Shown piece after piece: positions 30,158 through 38,642 of a stretch of DNA of 64,000 nt. Origin of the DNA: an uncultured Spirochaetota bacterium. Its GTDB lineage: Bacteria > Spirochaetota > Spirochaetia > SZUA-6 > Fen-1364. The stretch is from contig CAVTHO010000006.1 in assembly GCA_963734545.1 (NCBI GenBank), positions 384,001 to 448,000 on the forward strand, read 5' to 3'. The notes beneath the pieces were generated by a model. It searched no databases and was not told the DNA's origin. It saw nothing but the letters and a program-made list of their open reading frames with translations. Position 1 is the first letter of the stretch. The number at the start of each line of letters is the position of its first letter. The translations under genes were made by a program, and so were the position numbers.

Positions 30158-31512
30158 GCAGTCTCCTTTTGAAGAATTGCTTCCACATCCAGCCGTCCGC
30201 CGCGGAGGAGGGCGTGAGCGGCGCGGATATCCTCATCGAGGGGGAAACGATCAGCAGGATCGGCCGCGGCCTCACCGCGCCCGGCGGGCCCCGCGTGATC
30301 GACTGCTCCCATCACGTCGTGGTCCCGGGCTTCGTGAACACTCATCATCACTTCTTCCAGACACTCACGCGCAACCTCCCGGGCGCCCAGAACGCGAAGC
30401 TCTTCGACTGGCTGGTCTACCTCTACGAGATCTGGAAGAACATCGACGAGGAGGCGATATACTATTCATCCCTCCTGGCCATGGGAGAGCTCCTGAAGAC
30501 CGGCTGCACCTGCTCGACGGACCACCTGTACCTCTATCCGCGGGGTGTCGGCGGCAGCTTCATGGCGCGGCAGTTCGAGGCCGCGGATACGCTGGGCATG
30601 CGCTTCTCGCCGTCCCGGGGCTCGATGTCGCTCAGCAGGAAGGACGGCGGACTGCCGCCGGACACCGTCGTGCAGGACGAGGACGAGATACTCGCCGACA
30701 GCGAACGCGTGATCGGCAGGTTCCACGACCCGGCTCCCCGCGCAATGCGGAAAGTGGTCCTCGCTCCCTGCAGCCCGTTCTCGGTGAGCGAGAGCCTGAT
30801 GCGGGAGACCGCCCGGCTTGCCCGCAGGCACGGGGTGAGGCTGCACACGCACCTCGCCGAGACGGCCGACGAGGACGCGTACTGCCTGGCCACCTACGGG
30901 GTCAGGCCTGTCGAGCTGATGGAGCGGTGCGAGTTCATCGGCCCGGACGTTTTCTACGCGCACGGCATCTTCTTCAATGATAGAGAGCTGGAAAGCCTGC
31001 GCGCGCGCGGCGCCCAGGTGGCCCACTGCCCCTCCTCCAACATGCGGCTCGGATCCGGCATCTGCCGGGTGCGCGACATGCTGGACGCCGGCATCCCGGT
31101 GTCCCTTGCCGTGGACGGCTCGGCGTCCAACGATTCCTCGGACTTCCTCGGCGAGATGCGTCACGCCCTACTTCTCCAGCGCGTGTCCCGGGGAAGCGGC
31201 GCCCTGCACGCGCGGGAGGTCCTGCAGATGGCCACGGAGACCGGCGCCGCTGTTCTCGGATTCGAGGGCATCGGCAGGATCCAGGAGGGATACGCGGCCG
31301 ACATCGCCCTGTTCAACGTGGACAGGCTGGAGTACTGCGGGAGCCTCTCAGACCCGTTTGCCGCGCTCATCTTCGCCGGCTTCGACCACGGCACCGAGTA
31401 CACGATCTGCAACGGCAGGGTCGTGGTGGACAAGGGAAGGCTCACCGGTATCCAGGAAGAGACATTGATCAGGGAGGCCAATCGGATCGCCGCGCGTCTG
31501 GCTCGCGCCTGA
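30154..31512 (+). CDS. 8-oxoguanine deaminase-family amidohydrolase
   Basis: PGFVNTHHHFFQTLTR, DHLY, RGSMSL..DGGLPPD, APCSPFSV, HTHLAET, HCPSSNMRLGSG, VDGSASND. ATG 30154 overlaps the SDR stop (ATGA). Confidence 0.85.
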   Translation: MSSLLLKNCFHIQPSAAEEGVSGADILIEGETISRIGRGLTAPGGPRVIDCSHHVVVPGFVNTHHHFFQTLTRNLPGAQNAKLFDWLVYLYEIWKNIDEEAIYYSSLLAMGELLKTGCTCSTDHLYLYPRGVGGSFMARQFEAADTLGMRFSPSRGSMSLSRKDGGLPPDTVVQDEDEILADSERVIGRFHDPAPRAMRKVVLAPCSPFSVSESLMRETARLARRHGVRLHTHLAETADEDAYCLATYGVRPVELMERCEFIGPDVFYAHGIFFNDRELESLRARGAQVAHCPSSNMRLGSGICRVRDMLDAGIPVSLAVDGSASNDSSDFLGEMRHALLLQRVSRGSGALHAREVLQMATETGAAVLGFEGIGRIQEGYAADIALFNVDRLEYCGSLSDPFAALIFAGFDHGTEYTICNGRVVVDKGRLTGIQEETLIREANRIAARLARA

Positions 31513-31539
31513 TGCGCGGGTTGTGCTACAATCGAGAGC

Positions 31540-32472
31540 ATGAAAAAGCGAATCATTCCTGTTGTCCTCGCGTGCCTTCTCTGTTCCGTGCCTCTCTTTG
31601 CTGAAGCGAAGCTCGGCTCCGTGAAGTCCTTTTCCGGCGATGTCACGATCGACGCGTTCGGCAAGGGCACGTTCATCAGGGTCATCGTGGGCGATGCGCT
31701 CTACGCATCCACCGTGCTCAAGTCAGGGCCCGATGGACGTGCCACCCTCGAGGTGCAGGGCACGAGGAAAGAGATCCCGCCGGGCGCCCGGGTGCGAATC
31801 TCGGACCTCCTCTCAGCGAGCGCGAAGAAGGGCGGGCTGGCGTGGTTCGCCGCTGTCGGAAAGCTGATCAAGTCCTTCTCCGAAGCATCGCAGGCAAAGG
31901 AAGAGGACCTTGTCATGGGCAGCAGGGCCGCGGAGGCAGCCCCCAAAGACAGAGAGACAGGCATGGAATGGGAGGGAGACACCGATGCGTCGTCGATCCT
32001 TCCGGACGTCCGGAAGACCATCGATGCCGGGGACTTCAATGCAGCCCTTCAGAAGCTCGGCAAGGCGGAGGCGCCGTCTGATCCCGCGCTCGCTTTCGAG
32101 CTCCTGTACTGGAAGGGATTCTGCTACTTCCAGCTCGAGGATTACCCCGACGCGACAGCGTGCTTTTCCGACGCCTACGCGCGCATGGGCGCCTCGCGCA
32201 GTGCGGTGAGCCCGGACCAGCGGAGCTTCCTCCTCTTTCAGCTTGGTTCCTCGTACTTCTTCCTTGGAAAGGAAAAGGAGGCTGTTCCCGTCCTGTCCGA
32301 GTACCTGGCGGACAATGCCGACGCGCCGCTTGCCCCGTACGCGACACTCCTGCTCGCCCAGTCACTGGCCGCCTCCGGAGACGGAAGCCGCGCCCGGTCC
32401 CTGGCGAGCGCCGCGGCAAAGAAGTACAAGGGAACCGATCTCGAGAGCGAGTTCGCTTCCCTTCAGAAATGA
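31540..32472 (+). CDS. Exported FecR-like + TPR protein
   Basis: Signal peptide, beta-rich N-terminal region (GDVTI..GDALY..KSGPDGRATL) and a TPR-like C-terminus. Confidence 0.65.
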   Translation: MKKRIIPVVLACLLCSVPLFAEAKLGSVKSFSGDVTIDAFGKGTFIRVIVGDALYASTVLKSGPDGRATLEVQGTRKEIPPGARVRISDLLSASAKKGGLAWFAAVGKLIKSFSEASQAKEEDLVMGSRAAEAAPKDRETGMEWEGDTDASSILPDVRKTIDAGDFNAALQKLGKAEAPSDPALAFELLYWKGFCYFQLEDYPDATACFSDAYARMGASRSAVSPDQRSFLLFQLGSSYFFLGKEKEAVPVLSEYLADNADAPLAPYATLLLAQSLAASGDGSRARSLASAAAKKYKGTDLESEFASLQK

Positions 32473-34212
32473 GTCCGCGCCGCATCGGCAGGTACGCTCT
32501 TCTGCTCCTTGCCGGACTGGGACTGGGCGCTCTTGTCTTCGGCGGGGAGAATTTCCTGGAGCGCTTCTTCATCGATCTGCGCTTTTTCATCGTCTCGTCG
32601 CTCAACGTGCAGGAGACGGCTTCGAACCAGATCGCCGTCATCAGGATCGACCTCCGCTCTGAGAGCGCGCTCGCGCTTCCGTTCGGCCCGAAGTGGCGCT
32701 CACAGTATCCCGCGTTCCTCCAGAAGGTGAACGAGGCGGGGGCTTCCCTCGTCGTTTTCGATTCGATGTTCCTCGACAGTGAGCCCCGGTGGGACCCGCC
32801 GCTCGCGGCCGCGCTCGCCCGCGCGGGCAATGCCATTGCGGGAGAGGACGGCTCCCGGCCCACGCAGGAGGCCCTCCGCGGCTCATTCCTCGCCCTCGGC
32901 AATCTCAATATCAAGCCGCTGGGCGGCAAGCCGCGGTTCGTCCGCGCCGGCGCTGCCGGGGGCGCTGGCGCCCCTCTCCGTGCTCGCCGCGGAGGAATAC
33001 GTGAAACGCACCGGCGCCGCGTTCGAGGAGGTCGGACAGAGCGGGGCAGGTTTCTGGATCAACTACCGGGAGCCGCCCGGGTATTTTCCCTCCTTCTCCT
33101 TTGTCGATGTCATGAATGCGCAGGGGGGAAGGCTCGCGGACGCCGCGCAGACTCCGCTCTCGGTCCTGACAGGCAGGATCGTTTTCATCGGGCTGGACGA
33201 CACGACGAGCAAGAGCGACCGTTTCAGGTTCCCGAATACGTGGGGCCGTGACTACCCGGGCGTGCTGGCCCACGCGTATGCAACGGACACGATCCTGCGT
33301 GACAGACCCGTGCTGAGAGCGTCGCCCTGGGTCGATGCCGGCATCACTCTCGGTTTCCTCGTTGTCCTGCTCTTTCTGCTCGAGATGCGCGCGAGAAAAA
33401 CGCGGGCGTTCCTTCTCATCATCCTGCCGCTCGCCGTGTTTCTTCTCTACGTCGTGCTGCTCTCCGGGCTCAACCTCTGGCCCGGTTATGCTCCGATCTT
33501 TGCCGCCTTCTGGTCGGTTCTTCTCCTGCACTGGGCGCTGCTCCGCATCTCCCTCGTTTCCAGCCTGAGCCGGGCCATGGGATTCGACGCGCGCCTGATG
33601 GACGCTTTCCGCAGGGAGAGCGCCCGCGCGGGCGGGCCTGTCCGCAAGGAGGTGGCAATCCTGATTGCCGATGTCCGCGACTATACGCGCTATGTCTCGG
33701 GCACGGATCCCGTGGCTGTGTCCCATGTCATGGCGGAATACATGGAAGCGATGGAGCGTTGCATCACGGCGCGCGGCGGGTACATCAACAAGTACGTGGG
33801 GGACGAAATAATCGCGGTGTTCGGGTTCCCGCTTGCGGCGGAGCAGTGCGTCCAGCGGGCGGCACAAGCCGCCATCGCCATGCAGGACGATCTTTCCCGG
33901 CTCGTCGTCTCATGGAAGGAGCGGGGTCTGCCCAGCATAGAGCGGATCGGCATCGGCATCGACACGGGAGTAGTGGTGTTCGCCGAAGTGGGGGGAAGAA
34001 CCAAGAGTCAGTTCGACATCATCGGGGACTGCATAAACGGCGCATCGCGCATCGAGCATCTCACCAAGGAGCTCCGCAGGGCCCTGCTCATCTCGGAAGA
34101 AGCCTACGATGCCCTGGAAAGCGACGACAGTCTGTCCGGGTCGTTCGAGCTCGTGAAATCCGTCGTGGTGCGAGGGCAGGGAGAAAGGAAGATTTTCGGT
34201 CTCGTGCGCTGA
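32469..34212 (+). CDS. CHASE2-domain class III adenylate/guanylate cyclase; frameshift near 32960
   Basis: IAVIRID, KWRSQY, VFDSMF, then INY, GRIVFIG and PGVLAHA (CHASE2). Three TM helices follow, then ADVRDYT, KYVGDEI and IGDCINGASRIE (cyclase). Confidence 0.85.
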
Positions 34213-34224
34213 ACCGGCCGGACT

Positions 34225-34716
34225 TCAGGACCTGTCCACCTTCAACGTCAGGGTCGCCCGCTCCGATTCGACGAAACCCAGCTTGCGCCAGGACCCCATG
34301 GCCTTCCGGCCGGCGTGACTCACCTCCAGTCGAAGGGCGACGCACTCCTGGGGCGCCACCTTTTTCAGGAGCGTGATGAAATCTTCCGCAATGCCCTGCT
34401 CCCGATGATCAGGGGAAACGTACAGCTCGTCGATCACGACCAGCACGCCGCCGTACGTGTTGCTCCAGCGCGGGATCAGAATGCAGTACCCGACCAGGCA
34501 TTCTTCCCTCTCGAAGACGAGGATGGTGCCCTTGTCCTTGTGATGCTGGAGCTCCCGCACCGTGGACAGGAGCTGCGCGGGGCTGATTTCCATTCCCGGC
34601 AGCTCCTCCCGGTGGCGGCGCGCCGCGAGGTGAAGGAAACCGGGGACATCGGGAGGGGTGATTGCACGATAGGTCGCCTTGGGCGTGACCAGGGTATAGT
34701 CGAGCACTTCCGTCAC
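34225..34716 (-). CDS. GNAT-family N-acetyltransferase
   Basis: IDELYVSPDHREQGIA, LEV..WRKLGF. GTG 34716 overlaps the upstream stop. Confidence 0.8.
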   Translation of the reverse strand: MTEVLDYTLVTPKATYRAITPPDVPGFLHLAARRHREELPGMEISPAQLLSTVRELQHHKDKGTILVFEREECLVGYCILIPRWSNTYGGVLVVIDELYVSPDHREQGIAEDFITLLKKVAPQECVALRLEVSHAGRKAMGSWRKLGFVESERATLTLKVDRS

Positions 34717-36425
34717 GTCTCCGCCGGGGCGGGCGGTTCCTGCTCTTCCAGGGAGCGATAGGCTACTTTTCCCACCAGGGTCAGGGGCAAACGCTCGCGG
34801 AACTCGATGCAGCGCGGGCAGGAGTGGGGCATCAGCTCTTTCCGGCAGAGCTCGATCAGCTCCTTTTCCAGATCCGGGCCGGCCTGCCATCCCTCATTCA
34901 GCGTCACGAACCCCTTGGGCACCTGGACCTTGGTGGGGTGGGAAACGCCGACGACGCAGGAGAGACGCACCGCGGGATGCTTGTTCAGGACGTCTTCGAT
35001 CTGGGTGGGGTACACGCTGATACCGGATGACTTGATGATCCTCTTCATGCGCAGCTTGAAATAGAAGAATCCATCCGGGTCCATGTATCCCAGGTCCCCG
35101 GTGTGCAGCCAGAGACGACCATCCTCGTGCAGGCGGAGGGACGCCGCCGTCTCCTGCGGATCGTCGAGGTAGCCCAGCATCAGCGTGGGGCCGCTCACGC
35201 AGATCTCCCCTTCCTGGTTCGGGTCCGCCTCCACGGTGGTGTCAAGGCGCACCACTTTTCCCAGCATGTCCGGGTAGGGGACCCCCATACTCCCCTCCCG
35301 ATAGTGGTCACGCGGCATCAGGATATTGGCAGTAACGGACTCGGTGAGCCCGTATCCTTCCCGCAGCGGTGTCGTTCCCCCGTTCTTCCGCACCACCGCT
35401 TCGAATCGATCCTTTGTCTGCCGGCTGAGGGTGTCCCCGCCGCAGAACAGACCCTTGAAGCTTGCCAGGCGTGTGCGATTGAATGCCCGGTTTGCCGAAA
35501 GGGCATCGAACAGGGTCGGGACGCCCGCCAGGTACGCGGGTTTGAACTTGTTCACCAGCCCTGCAAGTGCGTTCGCATTGAAACGCGGGACCAGGATGCA
35601 GGTCCCCCCGTGGATCAGCATGGCGTGGATGCCGACCGCCAGGCCGAATCCATGAAACATCGGCAGGATGGAAAGCATCGAATCACCGGGGAGGATGGGT
35701 CCCCCTGCCGCGTTGGTCTGGATGGCCAGGGCGTTGCAGTTGCGGCTGGTCAGCATGATGGCTTTGGAAGCGCCCGTGGTGCCTCCGCTGAAAAGGAAAA
35801 GGGCCAGCTCCGTCTGTGACAACGGGTCCGGACGATCGAGCTCGGGCGCCGCGGCGGCTTTTTTCTCGAGGTCCTTCCAGGTCAGGAGGCCGGGGTCCGG
35901 CGCGATCTTCGCGGTCTTGCGGCCTTCAGTCAGTGAATAGCCGAACGAGAGCAGCGGTCCCATGAATTCATTGGCCCTGCACAGAACGGTCCGCCTGATC
36001 GGGCTCTGTCCCTTCACCTCGGCAAAACGGGGGTAGAACGAATCCAGTGTGACCGCCCAGGTGCACGAAGTCTGCCGGGCGTGGGCGCGGATCTCCGCGG
36101 GGGCGGAAAGCGGGTGGATCATTGCCGGGACAGCCCCCAGACGATTCAGCGCGTAGAACACGATCACCGCCTGGGGAATATTCGGCATGCACACAAGGAC
36201 ATGGTCTCCCGGGCGAAGTCCTTCCGCGCCGAGCCCGCGGCTGATCCGGCAGATATGGCGATCCAGCTCGGCATAGGTCATGCGCCGGCCCATGAACACC
36301 AGGGCGGTCACCGTGGGGACGGTGGAGGCCATGCGGCGGCAGGCGCCGTACATCGAGAGCTCCGGATAGCTGAGGGTGGCCGGGATGTCCCCATAGAACC
36401 GGAGCCAGGGTTTTGTCTCGTACAT
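34713..36425 (-). CDS. Long-chain acyl-CoA synthetase (AMP-binding)
   Basis: FSGGTTGASK, LPMFHGFG, EGYGLTE, LHTGDLG, RMKRIIKSSG, LPLTLVGK. Confidence 0.92.
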   Translation of the reverse strand: MYETKPWLRFYGDIPATLSYPELSMYGACRRMASTVPTVTALVFMGRRMTYAELDRHICRISRGLGAEGLRPGDHVLVCMPNIPQAVIVFYALNRLGAVPAMIHPLSAPAEIRAHARQTSCTWAVTLDSFYPRFAEVKGQSPIRRTVLCRANEFMGPLLSFGYSLTEGRKTAKIAPDPGLLTWKDLEKKAAAAPELDRPDPLSQTELALFLFSGGTTGASKAIMLTSRNCNALAIQTNAAGGPILPGDSMLSILPMFHGFGLAVGIHAMLIHGGTCILVPRFNANALAGLVNKFKPAYLAGVPTLFDALSANRAFNRTRLASFKGLFCGGDTLSRQTKDRFEAVVRKNGGTTPLREGYGLTESVTANILMPRDHYREGSMGVPYPDMLGKVVRLDTTVEADPNQEGEICVSGPTLMLGYLDDPQETAASLRLHEDGRLWLHTGDLGYMDPDGFFYFKLRMKRIIKSSGISVYPTQIEDVLNKHPAVRLSCVVGVSHPTKVQVPKGFVTLNEGWQAGPDLEKELIELCRKELMPHSCPRCIEFRERLPLTLVGKVAYRSLEEQEPPAPAET

Positions 36426-36428
36426 GCG

Positions 36429-37316
36429 CTATTCCTTCAACATCAATTCCCCGAGGAGCGCGGGGCTGATCTCCGGCATTCTCTCCAGCTGCTCGGGGTT
36501 CTCCACGAAACCGCGGAACAGGTCGATTGCCCGGCCGCAGTAGATCCCGTCTGCCATGCGATCGTCGTATGTGAAGGTCACTTTCACACGGTCCCGCTTC
36601 TGTACGGACCCGTCCTCCGCAGGAACGTATTCCCTGCGGATCTTTCCCAGGGCAATGAAGAGGCCGCAGGTACCGATGTTGAAGTTGTGGTGAAGAGGCG
36701 CGTCGATGCCGACGCTTCCCACGTTGGTAAAGAAAATGGTGGCATAGAACGGCAATGACTTGATGAAAGAGCCGGAGAGCATGTTGTGGTAGTCCAGGAA
36801 CCGGATGCCCCAGATCACCAGGCGGATCATCCATCGCGGCAGCTTCATCAGGAGGGCATTGATGTCGTCTCCCTCGTTCCCCTCGTCACTTTTGCCTCGG
36901 CTGACATGCGCCGTCACCTTTGCGGAAAGCGTCTCCAGGGTTTCGTTCGGGGCGAACGGGATGGTGATGTTGATCTCCCCGCCCTCATCGGTGAGCTGCT
37001 TCTTGGCAACGAAATTGAACACGATCTGGTTCCGCTGGTAATAGTTCAACCCGGAGATGAAGCGGTTCATCTTCGGCCGGAGCGCCACGGTCCTGACTGC
37101 CGCGCAGAGAAACAGGTGGAAGAAACTGATCCTTCCGCCGCTGCGGCCGTTTTCTCCGTTATGCTTCCTCACGTACTCCAGGGCACGTGTCACGTCGAAA
37201 TCCTGCTCGAAATAGATGCTTGCATCGGTTCGGACAGGCATCAGGTAGGGCAGGATGCGGGTAAAATGCGACAGGTTTCCCAGGTACGTTCCATCGGGGC
37301 GTGATTTCTTCAGCAT
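36429..37316 (-). CDS. Stand-alone 2-oxoacid dehydrogenase E2-like acyltransferase catalytic domain
   Basis: RPDG..PYLM, RPKMNRFISG, TNVGSVG, TYDDRMADG (a DHRxxDG variant). No lipoyl domain. Confidence 0.75.
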   Translation of the reverse strand: MLKKSRPDGTYLGNLSHFTRILPYLMPVRTDASIYFEQDFDVTRALEYVRKHNGENGRSGGRISFFHLFLCAAVRTVALRPKMNRFISGLNYYQRNQIVFNFVAKKQLTDEGGEINITIPFAPNETLETLSAKVTAHVSRGKSDEGNEGDDINALLMKLPRWMIRLVIWGIRFLDYHNMLSGSFIKSLPFYATIFFTNVGSVGIDAPLHHNFNIGTCGLFIALGKIRREYVPAEDGSVQKRDRVKVTFTYDDRMADGIYCGRAIDLFRGFVENPEQLERMPEISPALLGELMLKE

Positions 37317-37363
37317 AGGGTGCCTCAGTATACACGGGTTCTCTGAAAATCGGAATCGATTTT

Positions 37364-37660
37364 TCAGCCAAAGAATTGCTCCCATTCCAGGCTTCTGGCC
37401 ATGGCCAGGCCGACCTTCGATGGATCAGACGGCACCTGCTCCGACCGTATCTCGTCTCTGCGGCGCCGTATCCGCTCCAGCAGGATCAGGTCGTCAATCG
37501 AAACGATTGCCGCGATCTTTCTGCCTCGGCGCGTAATCAGCACCGGATTGCTTCCGAATGCCGCGCGATTGACAATCTGCGAGAGGCCGCGGCGAAGCTC
37601 CTCTGTGCTCACGACGGGTGGAGTACTGGGACGGATAAAGTCACCGAGCTGGGCTGCCAT
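37364..37660 (-). CDS. Phd/YefM-family antitoxin, no adjacent toxin
   Basis: STEELRRGLSQIVNRA..PVLITRRGRKIAAIVSIDD, the Phd fold signature. Confidence 0.75.
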   Translation of the reverse strand: MAAQLGDFIRPSTPPVVSTEELRRGLSQIVNRAAFGSNPVLITRRGRKIAAIVSIDDLILLERIRRRRDEIRSEQVPSDPSKVGLAMARSLEWEQFFG

Positions 37661-37850
37661 ATGACAAGGTACAGCCGGAAACTGCCGCGCACTTGCGCGA
37701 GGGAGGGGCGGAACGACTCACGCGAACCTCTGAAAACGTACAATACCACGGGTTCGCGCTCACATGATTCGCACACGCCGCGGCCGGTTCATGCCTGCGG
37801 CGCTGTCAACCCACTTGTCCTCTCGTTTGGAGAGCCCGTACAATCAGCCA

Positions 37851-38642
37851 ATGATCCAGGAAATCCTGCGCCCCCGTACCGTCCAGGAGGCGGTTCGGGC
37901 CAAATCAAGAGCGGGCGCCGCCTATCTGGGCGGGGGGACATGGCTCAATGCGATCCAATCCGACGAGCCTGCCACGCTGATTTCACTCGAGAACCTCGGA
38001 CTGGGCGCCATCGAGACCGCGCGGGATCGCTGTACCATCGGCGCGACGGCGAGCCTGCAGGAGATTGTCGATGCGGCGGCTGTGCCGCCGGCCGTGCGCG
38101 CGGCAGCTGCCCTGACCAGCTCGCGCCCGGTTCGGAATATGCGGACGATCGGCGGAGAGCTCGGACAGTGTGCGCCGGATTCCGCCCTTGTCCCTGTTCT
38201 GATAGCACTGAGCGCCGAGGTCGCCCTGGCCGGGAAGAGGAAGCCATATCCGATCGAGCAGTACTGCAAGGAGCGCCCCGCAGACCTGATTCTCTCCGTT
38301 TCGATGCCCCTGCTCCCGTGCGCAGTCAAGGCTGTCTCCCGGACCTCTCACAGCCCCAGGTCGCTCGTCGTGGCGGTGAGCTTCCGGGATTGCGCGCCCG
38401 CGTTCACTGGAGTCCGTGTCGTCGTGAGCGACTGCCGCGGGCAGCGCGTGCGGCTTCAGGAGGTGGAGCGCGCGCTGGAGGGAAGCGCGCTGCCCGCGAA
38501 GAGCCGGGTCGAGGAATGGGTCGGCACGGCCTTTGCGCCGGCGGCCGATATCCACGCCTCCTCCGCGTACAAGCGCTACATGGCCGGCATCCTGGTTGCG
38601 GACGCGCTCCACGCCATCGCATCCGGAAAGGACGCGCCATGA
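37851..38642 (+). CDS. ygfM: YgfM-like FAD-binding subunit of a molybdenum hydroxylase
   Basis: RPRTVQEA, YLGGGTWLN, IGATASL, RNMRTIGGE, DIHASSAYKRY. Confidence 0.8.
   Translation: MIQEILRPRTVQEAVRAKSRAGAAYLGGGTWLNAIQSDEPATLISLENLGLGAIETARDRCTIGATASLQEIVDAAAVPPAVRAAAALTSSRPVRNMRTIGGELGQCAPDSALVPVLIALSAEVALAGKRKPYPIEQYCKERPADLILSVSMPLLPCAVKAVSRTSHSPRSLVVAVSFRDCAPAFTGVRVVVSDCRGQRVRLQEVERALEGSALPAKSRVEEWVGTAFAPAADIHASSAYKRYMAGILVADALHAIASGKDAP

Noticed and set aside
30154-31512. Calling this amidohydrolase SsnA because ygeY and ygeW are nearby
   Set aside because: The motifs (QTLTR, RGSM, GGLPPD, PCSPF, DGSASND) fit the 8-oxoguanine deaminase group better.
37376-38638. Apparent 1364-aa XdhD with a ~420-aa N-terminal extension
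   Set aside because: The extension is an open alternate frame over ygfM. The real start is ATG 38639, overlapping the ygfM stop.
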